A stretch of 64,000 nt of DNA from NCBI RefSeq assembly GCF_009931435.1, contig NZ_CP043414.1; one strand, given 5' to 3'. This DNA is from Escherichia coli (lineage in GTDB: Bacteria; Pseudomonadota; Gammaproteobacteria; Enterobacterales; Enterobacteriaceae). The notes beneath the pieces are model-generated. The model was not told where the DNA came from. It ran no database searches and worked only from the letters and a program-made list of their open reading frames with translations. Of the stretch, positions 24,630 to 36,361 are shown in pieces (position 1 is the first letter of the stretch; the number at the start of each line of letters is the position of its first letter). Both the position numbers and the translations under genes were made by a program.

Positions 24630-26374
24630 TGGCCAAACTGCATTTTGTGAAGTTGCGCGTAAACGCCACGGTGCTCAAGCAAATCGTTATGCGTACCGCG
24701 TTCCACAATGACACCATCCTCGACGACCACGATTTCGTCTGCTTTTTCAATAGTAGACAAACGGTGGGCAATCACCAGAGAGGTACGGTTTTTCTGCAAC
24801 TCATCCAGTGCCGCCTGAATCGCACGTTCAGATTCGGTATCCAGCGCCGAGGTAGCTTCGTCCAGAATCAGAATCGGGCTATCACGCAACAAGGCTCGAG
24901 CGATGGCAATACGCTGACGCTGACCGCCAGAGAGCAGCACGCCGTTTTCACCAATCACTGTATCGAGACCGTTATCCATCTTATTGATGAAGTCCATGGC
25001 GTAGGCCATACGCGCCGCTTCTTCAATTTGCTCACGGCTGTACTGTTCTGTCCGTGCGTAAGCAATGTTGTTGGCAACCGTATCGTTAAACAGATGGACA
25101 TTCTGCGACACCAGAGCAACCTGGTTACGTAAAGACGCCAGGGTATACTCGCGCAGATCGTGACCATCCATCAGGATTTCGCCTTCATCAATATCGTAAA
25201 AACGTGTGATTAGGCTGGCGATGGTTGATTTACCTGAACCAGAGCGTCCAACCAGAGCGACCGTTTTTCCTGCCGGAATTTTCAGGTTGATGTTACGCAA
25301 TGCGGGTACATCACGTCCCGGATAAGTAAAGGTGACATTGCGGAATTCTACGTCACCAGTCGCACGTTCGAGCACACGCTTACCTTCGTCTTTCTCCTGC
25401 TCACTGTCCAGAATGGTAAACAGCGTCTGACAAGCCGCCATACCGCGCTGGAACTGGGCGTTAACGTTGGTCAGCGATTTCAGCGGACGCATCAGTGCAA
25501 TCATTGAAGAGAAAACAACGGTAATCGTACCGGCAGTCAGGTTATCCATAACACTTGGGAAGCTCGCCGCATACAGAACAAACGCCAGCGCCAAAGAGGC
25601 GATCAGCTGAATGATCGGATCAGAGATGGAAGAGGCTGAAACCATTTTCATCCCCTGAAGACGCATTCGGTTACTGACTTTATCGAAGCGTTTCGTTTCC
25701 ACTTCCTGACCACCGAAAATCAATACTTCTTTGTGGCCCTTCAGCATTTGTTCTGCGCTGGTGGTCACCTGACCCATGGTGTTCTGCATGTTTTTACTGA
25801 TGTTGCGAAAACGCTTCGATACGACACGAATCGCAATCGAAACAATCGGTGCCAGCACAATTAAAATGATCGACAGTTGCCAGCTGTAATAGAACATCAT
25901 GATGAACAGGCCGATGATCGACGCACCTTCACGCACAACAGTAATCAGTGCGCCGGAAGAAGAAGAAGCAACCTGTTCGGAATCGTAGGTGATACGTGAC
26001 AACAGCGTACCCGTTGACTGTTTGTCAAAGAATGAAACTGGCATTCCCATCATGTGACCAAACAGGCGGCGACGCATGGTCATTACCACCTTTCCTGATA
26101 CCCAGGAGATACAGTAGCTGGAGACATAGCTGGTGATACCACGTAAAATCATTAGCCCGATCACCACCAGCGGCATCCACACCAGCACGGAGCGATCTGT
26201 TTTACCAAAGCCATCATCAAGAAGTGGCTTAAGGAGCGATAACATGAAGGTATCGCTGGCTGCGTTGAGGATTAACGCTACGCCCGCCACGATCAGACCC
26301 GCTTTAAAAGGCGCAATGGTTGGCCACAGTCGGCGGAACGTCTGCCACGTAGAGAGATCTTTGTCGTTATGCAT
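24626..26374 (-). CDS. msbA: Lipid A/LPS flippase, ABC transporter MsbA
   Basis: 582-aa ORF; six-helix transmembrane domain plus nucleotide-binding domain with Walker [10 protein letters not shown] and signature LSGGQRQR; 4-nt overlap with lpxK. Confidence 0.97.
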   Translation of the reverse strand: MHNDKDLSTWQTFRRLWPTIAPFKAGLIVAGVALILNAASDTFMLSLLKPLLDDGFGKTDRSVLVWMPLVVIGLMILRGITSYVSSYCISWVSGKVVMTMRRRLFGHMMGMPVSFFDKQSTGTLLSRITYDSEQVASSSSGALITVVREGASIIGLFIMMFYYSWQLSIILIVLAPIVSIAIRVVSKRFRNISKNMQNTMGQVTTSAEQMLKGHKEVLIFGGQEVETKRFDKVSNRMRLQGMKMVSASSISDPIIQLIASLALAFVLYAASFPSVMDNLTAGTITVVFSSMIALMRPLKSLTNVNAQFQRGMAACQTLFTILDSEQEKDEGKRVLERATGDVEFRNVTFTYPGRDVPALRNINLKIPAGKTVALVGRSGSGKSTIASLITRFYDIDEGEILMDGHDLREYTLASLRNQVALVSQNVHLFNDTVANNIAYARTEQYSREQIEEAARMAYAMDFINKMDNGLDTVIGENGVLLSGGQRQRIAIARALLRDSPILILDEATSALDTESERAIQAALDELQKNRTSLVIAHRLSTIEKADEIVVVEDGVIVERGTHNDLLEHRGVYAQLHKMQFGQ

Positions 26375-26410
26375 TCAAAAAACCAGCATTTGTTGAAATA
26401 GCCGCATATT

Positions 26411-28675
26411 CTACCCGTTATCCACTGGCACGCCAAACCACTGATGATACCAACGAGGTAAAATTTGCTCTCTGAGGCTGCTAATCCGCCAGCCTTGCGC
26501 TGAAAAATTGACCGTTATTTGACCCTGATGTGGAGTATCAAGCCACTTATAACCCTGTTGTTGATAGCGATGTTTAACTTTGCTTGAGGGCAGTCGCCAT
26601 GCGTTATAGCGCGATGCCGATGCGAGTGCCACTTTTCCATTCACTCGCTGAATTAATGGCAACGATGATGAGGTATTACTGCCATGGTGAGGTACCTGAA
26701 GTAATGTTGCCTGCATTTGCTGCCAGTAACGGCTTAGCATCTTTTGTTCAGCGGGGGCTTCAATATCACCGGTTAGGAGAATGCTATTCGTCCCGTCATC
26801 AACCTTAACCACACAGGAATGGTTATTTCCTTTATCGTTGCTACCTTGTAAAGGCCAGTGCACGCTGAAACGCAATCCTTGCCATTGCCACGCTTCGCCA
26901 CGCACACAGGGCTGATGATGTTCCCAGCTTAAAGGGCTTCTGACCCATAACGTCGGCCAGGCTCGTAATATCGAGTCCAGCCCTCCCCGATGATCCAGAT
27001 GTTCATGACTAAGAATGACGCCTTCTGGTTCAAGATTATGCCAGCGTAGCCAGGGGATAATCAGTTGTTGCCCACTATCCCCCTCCGGCCAGGCCAGTCC
27101 GGTGTCATAGAGAATCGCTTTACCGTTTCTGGCTATCACCATTGCCAGCCCTTGCCCGACATCAAGCATGTACACCTGCCACGCGTCAGGCCGAGGTTTT
27201 TGCCACAGCGGCCAGCACATCAGCAAGCCTCCAGCCACACACATTGCCGGCAACGCTCGCCAGGCGTTTAATCGCCATACCACCAGTAAGAACCATGGGG
27301 AAAATGTTAGCCATTGCCAACGTTCAGCAATGTTGATCCACCCTTCCGGCAAACTCTTTAACCCCCAGAAAAGTAAAGCCAAAGACCGGTCGGCAAGAAA
27401 CCATAACCCTTGTTCCAGAATAAACGGCCCGCTTAAATGCACAACCATCGCGGCGAGAATCAACGGAACCGTGATAAATGTCACCAGGGGAATTGCAAAA
27501 AGATTTGCAATAAACGAGGTCAGACTAATGCCATGAAATATGACAATTTGCACGGGCATAAGCAGGAGGGTGATTCCCAGTTGCAGATGGATGAGGGAAA
27601 CAACCGCGCGCAATGCTGGCGGCAGCTGCCACTCCGGACAGGGAAACCACTGATACCAAAAAATCAGCGCCGCTACCGCAGCGGCAGAGAGCCATAAACT
27701 TTGCGAAAGAATGGCAACAGGATCCATCAGCAAAATTGCCGCCAGACAACATATCCATACATCCCAGCCACTCCATTGTCGTCCACTTAACTTAAGCATT
27801 CCCCAAATGGCAAGCGCCACCACGGTACGCAATGCAGGAGGCTGCATTCCCGTTAGCCAGGCGTAAAAAGCAGCACAGCAGATTCCACCAATTAATGGCA
27901 TTTGCCAGTGGATCCAGCACCCAGGCAGAAAAACTTGCCCACCGCGAATGAGTCCTGCAGCCAGCAACGCCGCAAAAGCGATGTGCAATCCTGATATCGC
28001 CATTAAATGCGCCGTTCCAGTATCACGCATGATATTTTTGATTTCTTTGGGGACGGATAACCGTTCCCCCATACCTAATCCAAGAATAACCGCGTTCCAC
28101 ATATAGGGTTGCAGCGTTGTTTGTAGTGACGCCAGATACTGTGCACGCAGGCTACAATTCGGTTCAATGACACTTGCCTGCAGAAAACGGCCGGTGAGCG
28201 GTTGATGCTGGGCAATGGCATAACGCTGGCTATCAAAGCCGCCATCATTAAGTTGGCCATGAACTGCACGAACTTTGAGTTTCATTGACCATACTTGTCC
28301 GGCACAAACCGCTTGCGGAAGATATTCGCCATACAGTACGAGGCCTGGCGCAGGGAATATACGTCGACCTTGTAGATGAGTAATTTGACCGTAATGAGTG
28401 GTCATGCCGTCAGTAGCAGTGATCTCAACTATTGCATCCTGCGTCGCGCCAGTTAAGGTTTCTCCTGCCCACAAAATTTGCTTTGCCGCTAATATGCCCC
28501 AAAGAAAAAACAGCAGCGTCAGCGCGATATAACGGACGGCTTTAACAGGAATAAATGCCAGTACGCAGGCGAAGACTGTCAGAAACGCAAGGGTTAATGT
28601 CCCAGGCAATTGGGGCAAAATCAACAACGGAAAAATTCCGCAAATTATGCTTACGCCGACTGTCGTTATTTTCAT
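26411..28675 (-). CDS. ycaI: ComEC/Rec2-family inner membrane protein with C-terminal metallo-beta-lactamase domain
   Basis: 754-aa polytopic ORF with HEHLDHRGG and HHGS motifs in the C-terminal domain; matches YcaI. Confidence 0.9.
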   Translation of the reverse strand: MKITTVGVSIICGIFPLLILPQLPGTLTLAFLTVFACVLAFIPVKAVRYIALTLLFFLWGILAAKQILWAGETLTGATQDAIVEITATDGMTTHYGQITHLQGRRIFPAPGLVLYGEYLPQAVCAGQVWSMKLKVRAVHGQLNDGGFDSQRYAIAQHQPLTGRFLQASVIEPNCSLRAQYLASLQTTLQPYMWNAVILGLGMGERLSVPKEIKNIMRDTGTAHLMAISGLHIAFAALLAAGLIRGGQVFLPGCWIHWQMPLIGGICCAAFYAWLTGMQPPALRTVVALAIWGMLKLSGRQWSGWDVWICCLAAILLMDPVAILSQSLWLSAAAVAALIFWYQWFPCPEWQLPPALRAVVSLIHLQLGITLLLMPVQIVIFHGISLTSFIANLFAIPLVTFITVPLILAAMVVHLSGPFILEQGLWFLADRSLALLFWGLKSLPEGWINIAERWQWLTFSPWFLLVVWRLNAWRALPAMCVAGGLLMCWPLWQKPRPDAWQVYMLDVGQGLAMVIARNGKAILYDTGLAWPEGDSGQQLIIPWLRWHNLEPEGVILSHEHLDHRGGLDSILRAWPTLWVRSPLSWEHHQPCVRGEAWQWQGLRFSVHWPLQGSNDKGNNHSCVVKVDDGTNSILLTGDIEAPAEQKMLSRYWQQMQATLLQVPHHGSNTSSSLPLIQRVNGKVALASASRYNAWRLPSSKVKHRYQQQGYKWLDTPHQGQITVNFSAQGWRISSLREQILPRWYHQWFGVPVDNG

Positions 28676-28831
28676 GCACCTCTCCCTGTTTATGGAAAGT
28701 GTGCAACTTATTTGAACGGCTGTCTGGTGGTAGTTTTATGTTCCCCGAGGTGCGTTCAGAAGAATTTAACGAGAAAGTGAAAACTGCTCAAAACTCTGCG
28801 AGGCAGCTTCCAGTTTCAGATTAGAGAAATG

Positions 28832-28853
28832 AAAAAAGCACCCGACAGGTGCT
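28832..28853 (-). terminator. Rho-independent terminator downstream of ihfB
   Basis: Minus strand reads AGCACC-tgtcg-GGTGCT followed by TTTTTTC. Confidence 0.65.
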
Positions 28854-28881
28854 TTTCTCGCGTTCAAGTTTGGGTAAAAAC

Positions 28882-29166
28882 TTAACCGTAAATATTGGCG
28901 CGATCGCGCAGTTCTTTACCTGGTTTAAAGTGAGGAACGTATTTTCCTTCCAGTTCTACTTTATCGCCAGTCTTCGGATTACGTCCGGTACGTGGTGCGC
29001 GGTAGTGCAAAGAGAAACTGCCGAAACCGCGGATTTCAATACGCTCGCCCTGCGCAAGAGTCGAGGCCATATGCTCCAGCATCTCTTTTACTGCATCTTC
29101 AACCGTCTTGGCGGGAATGTGCGATTGCTGGGTGGCAAGTCTTTCTATCAATTCTGACTTGGTCAT
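28882..29166 (-). CDS. ihfB: Integration host factor beta subunit
   Basis: 94-aa [38 protein letters not shown]...; matches IhfB. Confidence 0.97.
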
Positions 29167-29221
29167 GATTCCTCCGGTTCCTTAAAGGCAAATTAAGCGG
29201 CTGCTGTTGCTGCATTGATTA

Positions 29222-29241
29222 AGGGCGGCCGTAGCCGCCCT
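29222..29241 (-). terminator. GC-rich hairpin downstream of rpsA, possible partial terminator
   Basis: AGGGCGGC-cgta-GCCGCCCT; no strong U-tract follows on the minus strand. Confidence 0.35.
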
Positions 29242-29325
29242 TAGTGCTTGATTACAGGACGAAACCTGCAATCTGTCAAGTAAACTCAACAAACTTCGGA
29301 ATAAAAATCCCGAAGAGTCAGAGAA

Positions 29326-30999
29326 TTACTCGCCTTTAGCTGCTTTGAAAGCTTCAGCCATTGCGTTGTTGGAGAAGTTTGCATCTTCCTGTTTGTTAAC
29401 AGTTGCGATTGCATCTTTCTCGTCAGCTTCGTCTTTCGCACGAACAGACAGGCTGATTGCGCGGTTTTTACGATCAACGCCGGTGAATTTAGCTTCAACT
29501 TCGTCGCCAACGCTCAGAACCAGGGTAGCGTCTTCAACGCGGTCACGGGATGCTTCAGAAGCACGCAGGTAACCTTCAACGCCGTCAGCCAGTTCTACGG
29601 TTGCGCCTTTAGCGTCAACTGCAGTTACTTTACCGGTTACGATAGCGCCTTTCTTGTTCAGAGCAACCCAGTTGTTGAACGGATCTTCTGCGAGCTGTTT
29701 AACGCCCAGGGAGATACGTTCACGTTCTGCGTCAACCTGCAGAACAACTGCAGCGATTTCGTCGCCTTTTTTGTATTCACGAACTGCTTCTTCGCCTGCA
29801 ACGTTCCAGGAGATGTCAGACAGGTGAACCAGGCCGTCGATGCCGCCGTCCAGGCCGATGAAGATACCGAAGTCAGTGATAGACTTGATTTTACCTTCAA
29901 CACGGTCACCCTTGTTGTGGGTTTCCGCGAACTGCTGCCACGGGTTAGCTTTGCACTGTTTCAGACCCAGGGAGATACGACGACGTTCTTCGTCGATATC
30001 CAGAACCATAACTTCCACTACATCGCCAACGTTAACAACTTTGGACGGGTGGATGTTTTTGTTGGTCCAATCCATTTCGGAAACGTGTACCAGGCCTTCA
30101 ACGCCTTCTTCGATTTCAACGAAGCAGCCGTAGTCGGTCAGGTTGGTCACGCGACCAGTCAGTTTGGTACCTTCCGGATAACGTTTAGCGATAGCTACCC
30201 ACGGATCTTCGCCCAGCTGTTTCAGGCCCAGGGATACACGGGTACGTTCGCGGTCGAACTTCAGCACTTTAACAGTGATTTCGTCGCCCACGTTGACGAT
30301 TTCGCTTGGATGCTTAACGCGTTTCCAGGCCATATCAGTGATGTGCAGCAGGCCGTCAACGCCGCCCAGATCAACGAATGCACCGTAGTCAGTGAGGTTC
30401 TTAACGATACCTTTAACTTCCATGCCTTCCTGCAGGTTTTCCAGCAGCTGATCGCGCTCTGCGCTGTTTTCGGATTCGATAACGGCACGACGAGAAACAA
30501 CAACGTTGTTGCGCTTCTGATCCAGCTTGATTACTTTGAATTCAAGCTCTTTGCCTTCCAGGTGCAGAGTGTCACGCACCGGACGAACGTCTACCAGAGA
30601 ACCTGGCAGGAACGCACGAATACCGTTCAGCTCAACAGTGAAGCCGCCCTTAACTTTGCCGTTGATAACACCGGTAACAGTTTCAGCATCTTCGTAAGCT
30701 TTTTCCAGCGTGATCCAGGCTTCGTGACGTTTAGCTTTCTCACGGGACAGCAGAGTTTCACCGAAGCCGTCTTCTACTGCGTCCAGAGCAACGTCAACTT
30801 CGTCACCTACCTGGATTTCCAGCTCGCCCTGGGCGTTTTTGAACTGCTCAGCCGGGATGGCGGACTCAGATTTCAGACCAGCGTCAACCAGTACTACGTC
30901 TTTGTCGATAGCAACAACAACGCCACGAACGATAGAACCCGGGCGGGTTTCGATTTCTTTTAAGGACTCTTCAAAGAGTTGAGCAAAAGATTCAGTCAT
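29326..30999 (-). CDS. rpsA: 30S ribosomal protein S1
   Basis: 557-aa [49 protein letters not shown]... with six S1 repeats; matches RpsA. Confidence 0.98.
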
Positions 31000-31109
31000 G
31001 TTTAATCTTCAGGTTTATATTTAACGTCCACCTGGCTCCATGCCGGATGGGGTTGTTTAACATACCCGCTGTCATTCCATTGCAACGGGGGTACTGCAAA
31101 TTCGGTCGC

Positions 31110-31793
31110 TTATGCGAGAGCCAATTTCTGGCGCGCGTATTGTAGCGCTTTTTCAATCACTTGCTCAATGCTTAAGGTGGTGGAATCCAACACTAAAGCA
31201 TCGGCTGCCGGAACCAGTGGCGCTACCGCTCGGTTACGATCGCGGTCGTCGCGTTCTTTGATCTCGGCCAAAAGGCGCTCAAAGTTAACACTAAAGCCCT
31301 TCTCCTGCAACTGTAGCATGCGGCGATGCGCACGTTCTTCCGAGGAGGCGTCAAGGAAAATTTTCACTGGCGCATCAGGGAATACCACCGTTCCCATATC
31401 GCGGCCATCGGCAATCAAGCCTGGTAATTCGCGAAACGCGCGTTGGCGACGCAATAATGCTTCACGAACGCGTGGGAATGCCGCGACTTGTGAAGCAGCA
31501 TTCGCCACTTCCTGAGTACGAATTTCGCCGCTGACATCTTCCCCTTCGAGGATCACTTCCAGATTGCCATTGGTCGACACAAAACGGACATCCAGATGGG
31601 ATGCCAGCGGCACGAGCGCATCTTCCGATGCAACATCAACATGGTGATGTAATGCCGCCAGTGCCAGTACGCGATAAATTGCACCCGAGTCCAGCAGATG
31701 CCATTGCAACGCTTCCGCCATAGCCTTACACAAGGTGCCTTTCCCTGCACCGCTTGGGCCATCAATGGTAATAACCGGGGCAATTGCCGTCAT
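31110..31793 (-). CDS. cmk: Cytidylate kinase
   Basis: 227-aa ORF with P-loop GPSGAGKGT; matches Cmk. Confidence 0.97.
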
Positions 31794-31965
31794 CTTTATC
31801 TCCTTAAAACAGGCGTACCGTTAACATAACCGCGCGCATTATACGCGCCGACGCCACAAATCGTTAACGTTGTGTGCAAAAACCAGTTTTGTCTGTATTC
31901 AGATGGGGATTTATTGCGCAATTATAGCGGGCTGGCAGAAGACCAGCCCGAAAGATGACAATGAT

Positions 31966-32730
31966 TTACTTACCAGAGGCGATACGATCACGGATGTGTT
32001 GCGCACGCTCTGTTGATGGTGGGTGAGAGTCAAACATGGACTGGGTACGGCCGCCATCCAGGCTGGCCAATTTTTCAAAGCTGCCAACCAGCCCCTGGGT
32101 GCTGATGCCACGTTTCTTCAACAGATCAAAGGAGAAATCATCTGCTTCGGACTCTTTATCGCGGGAGTATTTAGCATTGATCGCGCCTTCTGCGATATCA
32201 CCTAATTGTGAGCGAGAAAGCTGGGAAGCCACACCGCTGGTAGCGGAAATCGCATCACGTGCGGCAACGATCGCATAAGAAGCTTTCATTTCAGCCAGCG
32301 AGTGACCCAACGCGACGTGGCCCAGTTCATGACCCAGAACGCCTTCAATTTCGTTGTCGTTCATCATGTCCATCAGGCCACTGTAGACACGAACACAGCC
32401 GTTCGCCATCGCCCATGCGTTGACGTCGCTGGTCATATAAACCTTATAGTTGACCGGCGTGCCATTAATATTGTTACCCAATGCTTTGGCGATTTTTGCC
32501 AGACGTTTACCGTACTTGCTGGATTTACTTGCGACTTGATTGCCGCTGTCCATTTCGGCACAGCCCTGATTGGCAATCGCTTTTGCATCAGCATCGCTTA
32601 ACGTTGCTGCTTTATAGGCATTTAAACCTGAGCTGATAGCCATATTGGTATCAATACCGTGGGTATTCTGACACCCTGTCAGTAAAGCTGCAGAGGCCGC
32701 AATCGCCAGCAGTAATTTAGTATTCTTCAT
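31966..32730 (-). CDS. ycaL: M48-family zinc metalloprotease lipoprotein YcaL
   Basis: ORF 31966..32754; start at ATG 32730 (MKNTKLLLAIAASAALLTGC, lipobox); HExxH motif HELGHVALGH; 254 aa. Confidence 0.9.
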   Translation of the reverse strand: MKNTKLLLAIAASAALLTGCQNTHGIDTNMAISSGLNAYKAATLSDADAKAIANQGCAEMDSGNQVASKSSKYGKRLAKIAKALGNNINGTPVNYKVYMTSDVNAWAMANGCVRVYSGLMDMMNDNEIEGVLGHELGHVALGHSLAEMKASYAIVAARDAISATSGVASQLSRSQLGDIAEGAINAKYSRDKESEADDFSFDLLKKRGISTQGLVGSFEKLASLDGGRTQSMFDSHPPSTERAQHIRDRIASGK

Positions 32731-32828
32731 GTGAATCATCCGTTGATTAATCATATATAAATATTATGTATCAATAACTTACATCGACAAACGACGCTAC
32801 CATTAATCAAAATGACTCACAAGGTCCG

Positions 32829-32858
32829 AAAAAAAACGCCGGCAATGTGCCGACGTTT
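32829..32858 (-). terminator. Rho-independent terminator downstream of aroA (end of the serC-aroA operon)
   Basis: Minus strand reads CGTCGGCA-cat-TGCCGGCG followed by a T8 run. Confidence 0.7.
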
Positions 32859-32898
32859 TGATAAAGAAAGATTTGGCTATTTATTGCACGTTGTTCAT

Positions 32899-34182
32899 TC
32901 AGGCTGCCTGGCTAATCCGCGCCAGCTGCTCGAAATAATCCGGAAATGTTTTGGCCGTGCATTTGGGATCAAGAATCGTCACTGGTGTATCTGACAACGC
33001 CACCAGCGAGAAACACATCGCCATCCGGTGATCATTGTATGTTGCGATCTCGGCAAAGTTCAGTTTTTCCGGTGGAGTGATACGAATGTAATCGTGCCCC
33101 TCTTCTACTTCCGCACCAACTTTACGCAGTTCTGTTGCCATCGCAAACAGGCGATCGGTCTCTTTAACACGCCAGTTATAGATATTGCGCAGCGTGGTGG
33201 TGCCTTTTGCAAATAACGCCGACGTGGCAATGGTCATCGCCGCATCAGGAATATGGTTCATATCCATATCAATAGCGTTCAGTTCACCCCGCGTGCAGGA
33301 AATATAATCATCGCCCCAGCAAATGGTCGCGCCCATTTTTTCCAGCACATCAGCAAAGCGAATATCACCCTGCATACTGTTGCGTCCAATGCCGGTCACT
33401 TTTACAGTGCCGCCTTTGATTGCTGCTGCTGCCAGGAAGTAAGAAGCCGAAGATGCATCGCCTTCGACCAAATAAGTACCCGGAGACTGATAAGACTGCC
33501 CGCCTTTTACGACAAATTGTTGATAGTGCTGATTTTCAATTTCAACACCAAACGTCTTCATCAGATTGAGTGTGATGTCAATGTAAGGTTTAGAAACCAG
33601 ATCACCTTTAATACGAATCACCGTATCTTCCGGCGCAAGAGGCGCAGTCATTAACAGTGCGGTGAGAAACTGACTGGAAACGGAGCCATCAACGTCAACG
33701 TTGCCGCCAGTAAAGCCGCCCTGTAAACGCAATGGTGGATAATTTTCTTGTTCCAGGTAAGTGATCTTCGCCCCGCCCAGGCGCAGCGCATCCACCAGAT
33801 GACCAATGGGGCGTTCTTTCATACGCGGTTCACCGGTCAGCACAATATCATTGCTACCCAGACAAAGAGCTGCCGCCAGCGGACGCATTGCCGTTCCGGC
33901 GTTACCGAGGAACAACTCCAGGGCACTTTTTGCGTGTAATGGACCGCCGTTACCGATGATTTCGCAACGCGTACGATCGGCTGAAAGCGTATAGCTTACC
34001 CCTAACGCTGTTAATGCTTTCAGCATATGGCGCACGTCATCGCTATCCAGCAGATTGGTTAATACTGTTTTGCCGTGTGCTAATGCCGCCAGCAATAAAG
34101 CGCGGTTAGAAACGCTCTTGGAACCGGGCAGATTAATGGTGCCATCGACACGAGCGATGGGTTGTAACGTCAGGGATTCCAT
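32899..34182 (-). CDS. aroA: 3-phosphoshikimate 1-carboxyvinyltransferase (EPSP synthase)
   Basis: 427-aa [52 protein letters not shown]...; matches AroA. Confidence 0.97.
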   Translation of the reverse strand: MESLTLQPIARVDGTINLPGSKSVSNRALLLAALAHGKTVLTNLLDSDDVRHMLKALTALGVSYTLSADRTRCEIIGNGGPLHAKSALELFLGNAGTAMRPLAAALCLGSNDIVLTGEPRMKERPIGHLVDALRLGGAKITYLEQENYPPLRLQGGFTGGNVDVDGSVSSQFLTALLMTAPLAPEDTVIRIKGDLVSKPYIDITLNLMKTFGVEIENQHYQQFVVKGGQSYQSPGTYLVEGDASSASYFLAAAAIKGGTVKVTGIGRNSMQGDIRFADVLEKMGATICWGDDYISCTRGELNAIDMDMNHIPDAAMTIATSALFAKGTTTLRNIYNWRVKETDRLFAMATELRKVGAEVEEGHDYIRITPPEKLNFAEIATYNDHRMAMCFSLVALSDTPVTILDPKCTAKTFPDYFEQLARISQAA

Positions 34183-34205
34183 GAACTCAACTCTCTACAA
34201 CAGAA

Positions 34206-34233
34206 ATAAAAACCCCACAGGCTGGCTGTGGGG
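34206..34233 (-). terminator. Intercistronic hairpin between serC and aroA (attenuator or partial terminator)
   Basis: CCCCACAG-gctgg-CTGTGGGG, followed on the minus strand by TTTTTATTTCTG. Confidence 0.5.
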
Positions 34234-34252
34234 ATTAAGCAAAATTTCGGCA

Positions 34253-35341
34253 TTAGCCGTGACGGCGTTCGAACTCAATCATGAAGTCTGTCAGCGCTTT
34301 AACGCCTTCCAGAGGCATTGCGTTATAAATTGACGCACGCATACCGCCGACCACACGATGCCCTTTCAGGGCATGCAGCCCCGCAGCAAAAGACTCTTCA
34401 AGGAACAATTTGTCAAGCGCACTGTCCGCCAACTGGAACGGCACGTTCATCCGCGAACGGTTAGCTTTCGCCACGTCATTGCGGTAGAAATCGCTGTTAT
34501 CAATCACCCCATACAGCAGTTCTGCTTTTTGCTGATTGATTTTATCCATTGCAGCTACACCGCCGTTCGCTTTCAGCCATTTAAAGACCAGACCAGACAG
34601 ATACCAGGCAAATGTCGGCGGCGTGTTAAACATTGAGTCGTTATCGTTAAGGATGGAATAATCCAGAATCGACGGACAAGCGATATTCGCTTTACCCAGT
34701 AAGTCTTCACGAACGATGACGATTGTCAGGCCCGCCGGGCCGATATTTTTCTGTGCGCCAGCATAAATCACACCGTAACGACTGACGTCAATTGGACGGG
34801 AAAGAATCGTTGAAGAGAAGTCGGCTGCAACCACCACTTCTTTACCAAAGTCTGGCGTTTCGTCGATGGCGATACCATCGATGGTCTCATTTGGGCAGTA
34901 ATGCATATAAGCGGCATTATCAGAGAGCTGCCATTCACGCATTGGCTTAACCGCACGAAGACCATCAACAGTCACTTTGGCGTCAAAGACATTTGGCTTG
35001 CAGTATTTTTTCGCTTCTTTAATGGCACTTGCCGCCCAGTAACCGGCATCAACATAATCTGCAGTGGTTTTATCACCAAGAATATTCAGCGGAACAGCAG
35101 CAAACTGACCGCGACCACCGCCGTGGCAGAACAATACTTTATAGTTGGAGGGGATATTAAGAAGATCGCGAAAATCCTTCTCGGCTTCCTCTGCAACCTG
35201 AATGAACTCTTTACCACGGTGGCTCACTTCCATCACCGACGTACCAAGACCGTTCCAGTCGCGCAGTTCCTGTTGAGCCTGTTTAAGCACCTCTGCCGGT
35301 AGCATTGCCGGACCAGAACTAAAATTGAAGATTTGAGCCAT
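34253..35341 (-). CDS. serC: Phosphoserine/phosphohydroxythreonine aminotransferase
   Basis: 362-aa [49 protein letters not shown]...; matches SerC. Confidence 0.97.
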   Translation of the reverse strand: MAQIFNFSSGPAMLPAEVLKQAQQELRDWNGLGTSVMEVSHRGKEFIQVAEEAEKDFRDLLNIPSNYKVLFCHGGGRGQFAAVPLNILGDKTTADYVDAGYWAASAIKEAKKYCKPNVFDAKVTVDGLRAVKPMREWQLSDNAAYMHYCPNETIDGIAIDETPDFGKEVVVAADFSSTILSRPIDVSRYGVIYAGAQKNIGPAGLTIVIVREDLLGKANIACPSILDYSILNDNDSMFNTPPTFAWYLSGLVFKWLKANGGVAAMDKINQQKAELLYGVIDNSDFYRNDVAKANRSRMNVPFQLADSALDKLFLEESFAAGLHALKGHRVVGGMRASIYNAMPLEGVKALTDFMIEFERRHG

Positions 35342-35539
35342 TTCCCCTCACCACGTTGCGTTGCCATTAACCCACGGACAATCGATTGCGACCGCGGGTA
35401 ATACATTATTCCTGTGGCTATCGGTTTTATCATTCAGTGGCGCGCATCGCAATGGGTAAAACAGTCGAGGGCAAAAATGCGGCACGCGTCACACAATAGA
35501 ATCTCTCGGATTATTGTCCAAAAACCGATTTTTTTGCTG

Positions 35540-36232
35540 TCAGGTCACCCGTTTAGCCCGACTTGCCTTCGTCCATTCTGGATTTGCACAGCGCGGACAT
35601 AATTGTTTTTCCCCTGCGTTCATATGAATGATCTCACTGCAACGGATGCAAGCATAGTCCGCCGACTCAGGCACCACTTTGTAACGCTGAGTACAGTCAC
35701 TGGGTAAAATAAGTAATCCCGGTTTCACCTTGTCATCTTCAAAGAAATAGACACTGATTTGCCCGTTGGTTTCGAGAATCGCCAGACGTACCTGCCCCAA
35801 CTGCTCCACTCCACGCAGTCGCAGCTCCATAAAGAACTCAAATTCCGTCATGTTGGAGTTATTAAGTTTCGACCAGGCCAGCTCACCATCCTCAATAATG
35901 ACAACCGGCTTGCCTTCCAGAAGATCCTCCAGTTTTTCACTGTGCGCCATCAACCACATTACCAGACGGTATAACAACGCCAGAGTAATAAAGACGATAA
36001 GCACCGGAACCATCGGCACATCATCATAAAACGCCACATCCCCCGCCGCTGACCCCAGCGTCAGAATGATTAACACTTCAAACAGCGACATCTGCCGCAC
36101 ACCGCGTCTGCCGGTCATTTTGAGGAATAAAAAGACCAGTACAAAGGTATAAAGACTACGTAGTGCAACTTCGCCAAGGAAATCAAAAGGCACTTTATCA
36201 AATGCCATACGGTGGAGATCGAATGCCTTCAT
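35540..36232 (-). CDS. ycaP: DUF421-family inner membrane protein YcaP
   Basis: 230-aa ORF with N-terminal transmembrane helices; matches YcaP. Confidence 0.88.
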   Translation of the reverse strand: MKAFDLHRMAFDKVPFDFLGEVALRSLYTFVLVFLFLKMTGRRGVRQMSLFEVLIILTLGSAAGDVAFYDDVPMVPVLIVFITLALLYRLVMWLMAHSEKLEDLLEGKPVVIIEDGELAWSKLNNSNMTEFEFFMELRLRGVEQLGQVRLAILETNGQISVYFFEDDKVKPGLLILPSDCTQRYKVVPESADYACIRCSEIIHMNAGEKQLCPRCANPEWTKASRAKRVT

Positions 36233-36361
36233 TTTTATGCTCTTATCGTGGTTTATCCGCTAAAAGCATAGTCAACAGTTCATCTGCCTGGCGGCGGTGA
36301 TAGCGCCTTTGAGATAAAACCCGTATTATTGCGCGCTTTCCGTACGACTAAAGTGATTTTC

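Noticed and set aside
31794-31965. A hairpin (GGGCTGG, 7-nt loop, CCAGCCC) downstream of ycaL that could be a terminator or small RNA.
   Set aside because: It lacks a U-tract on the relevant strand and sits in the expected 3' UTR of ycaL; without transcript data there is no support for a separate feature.
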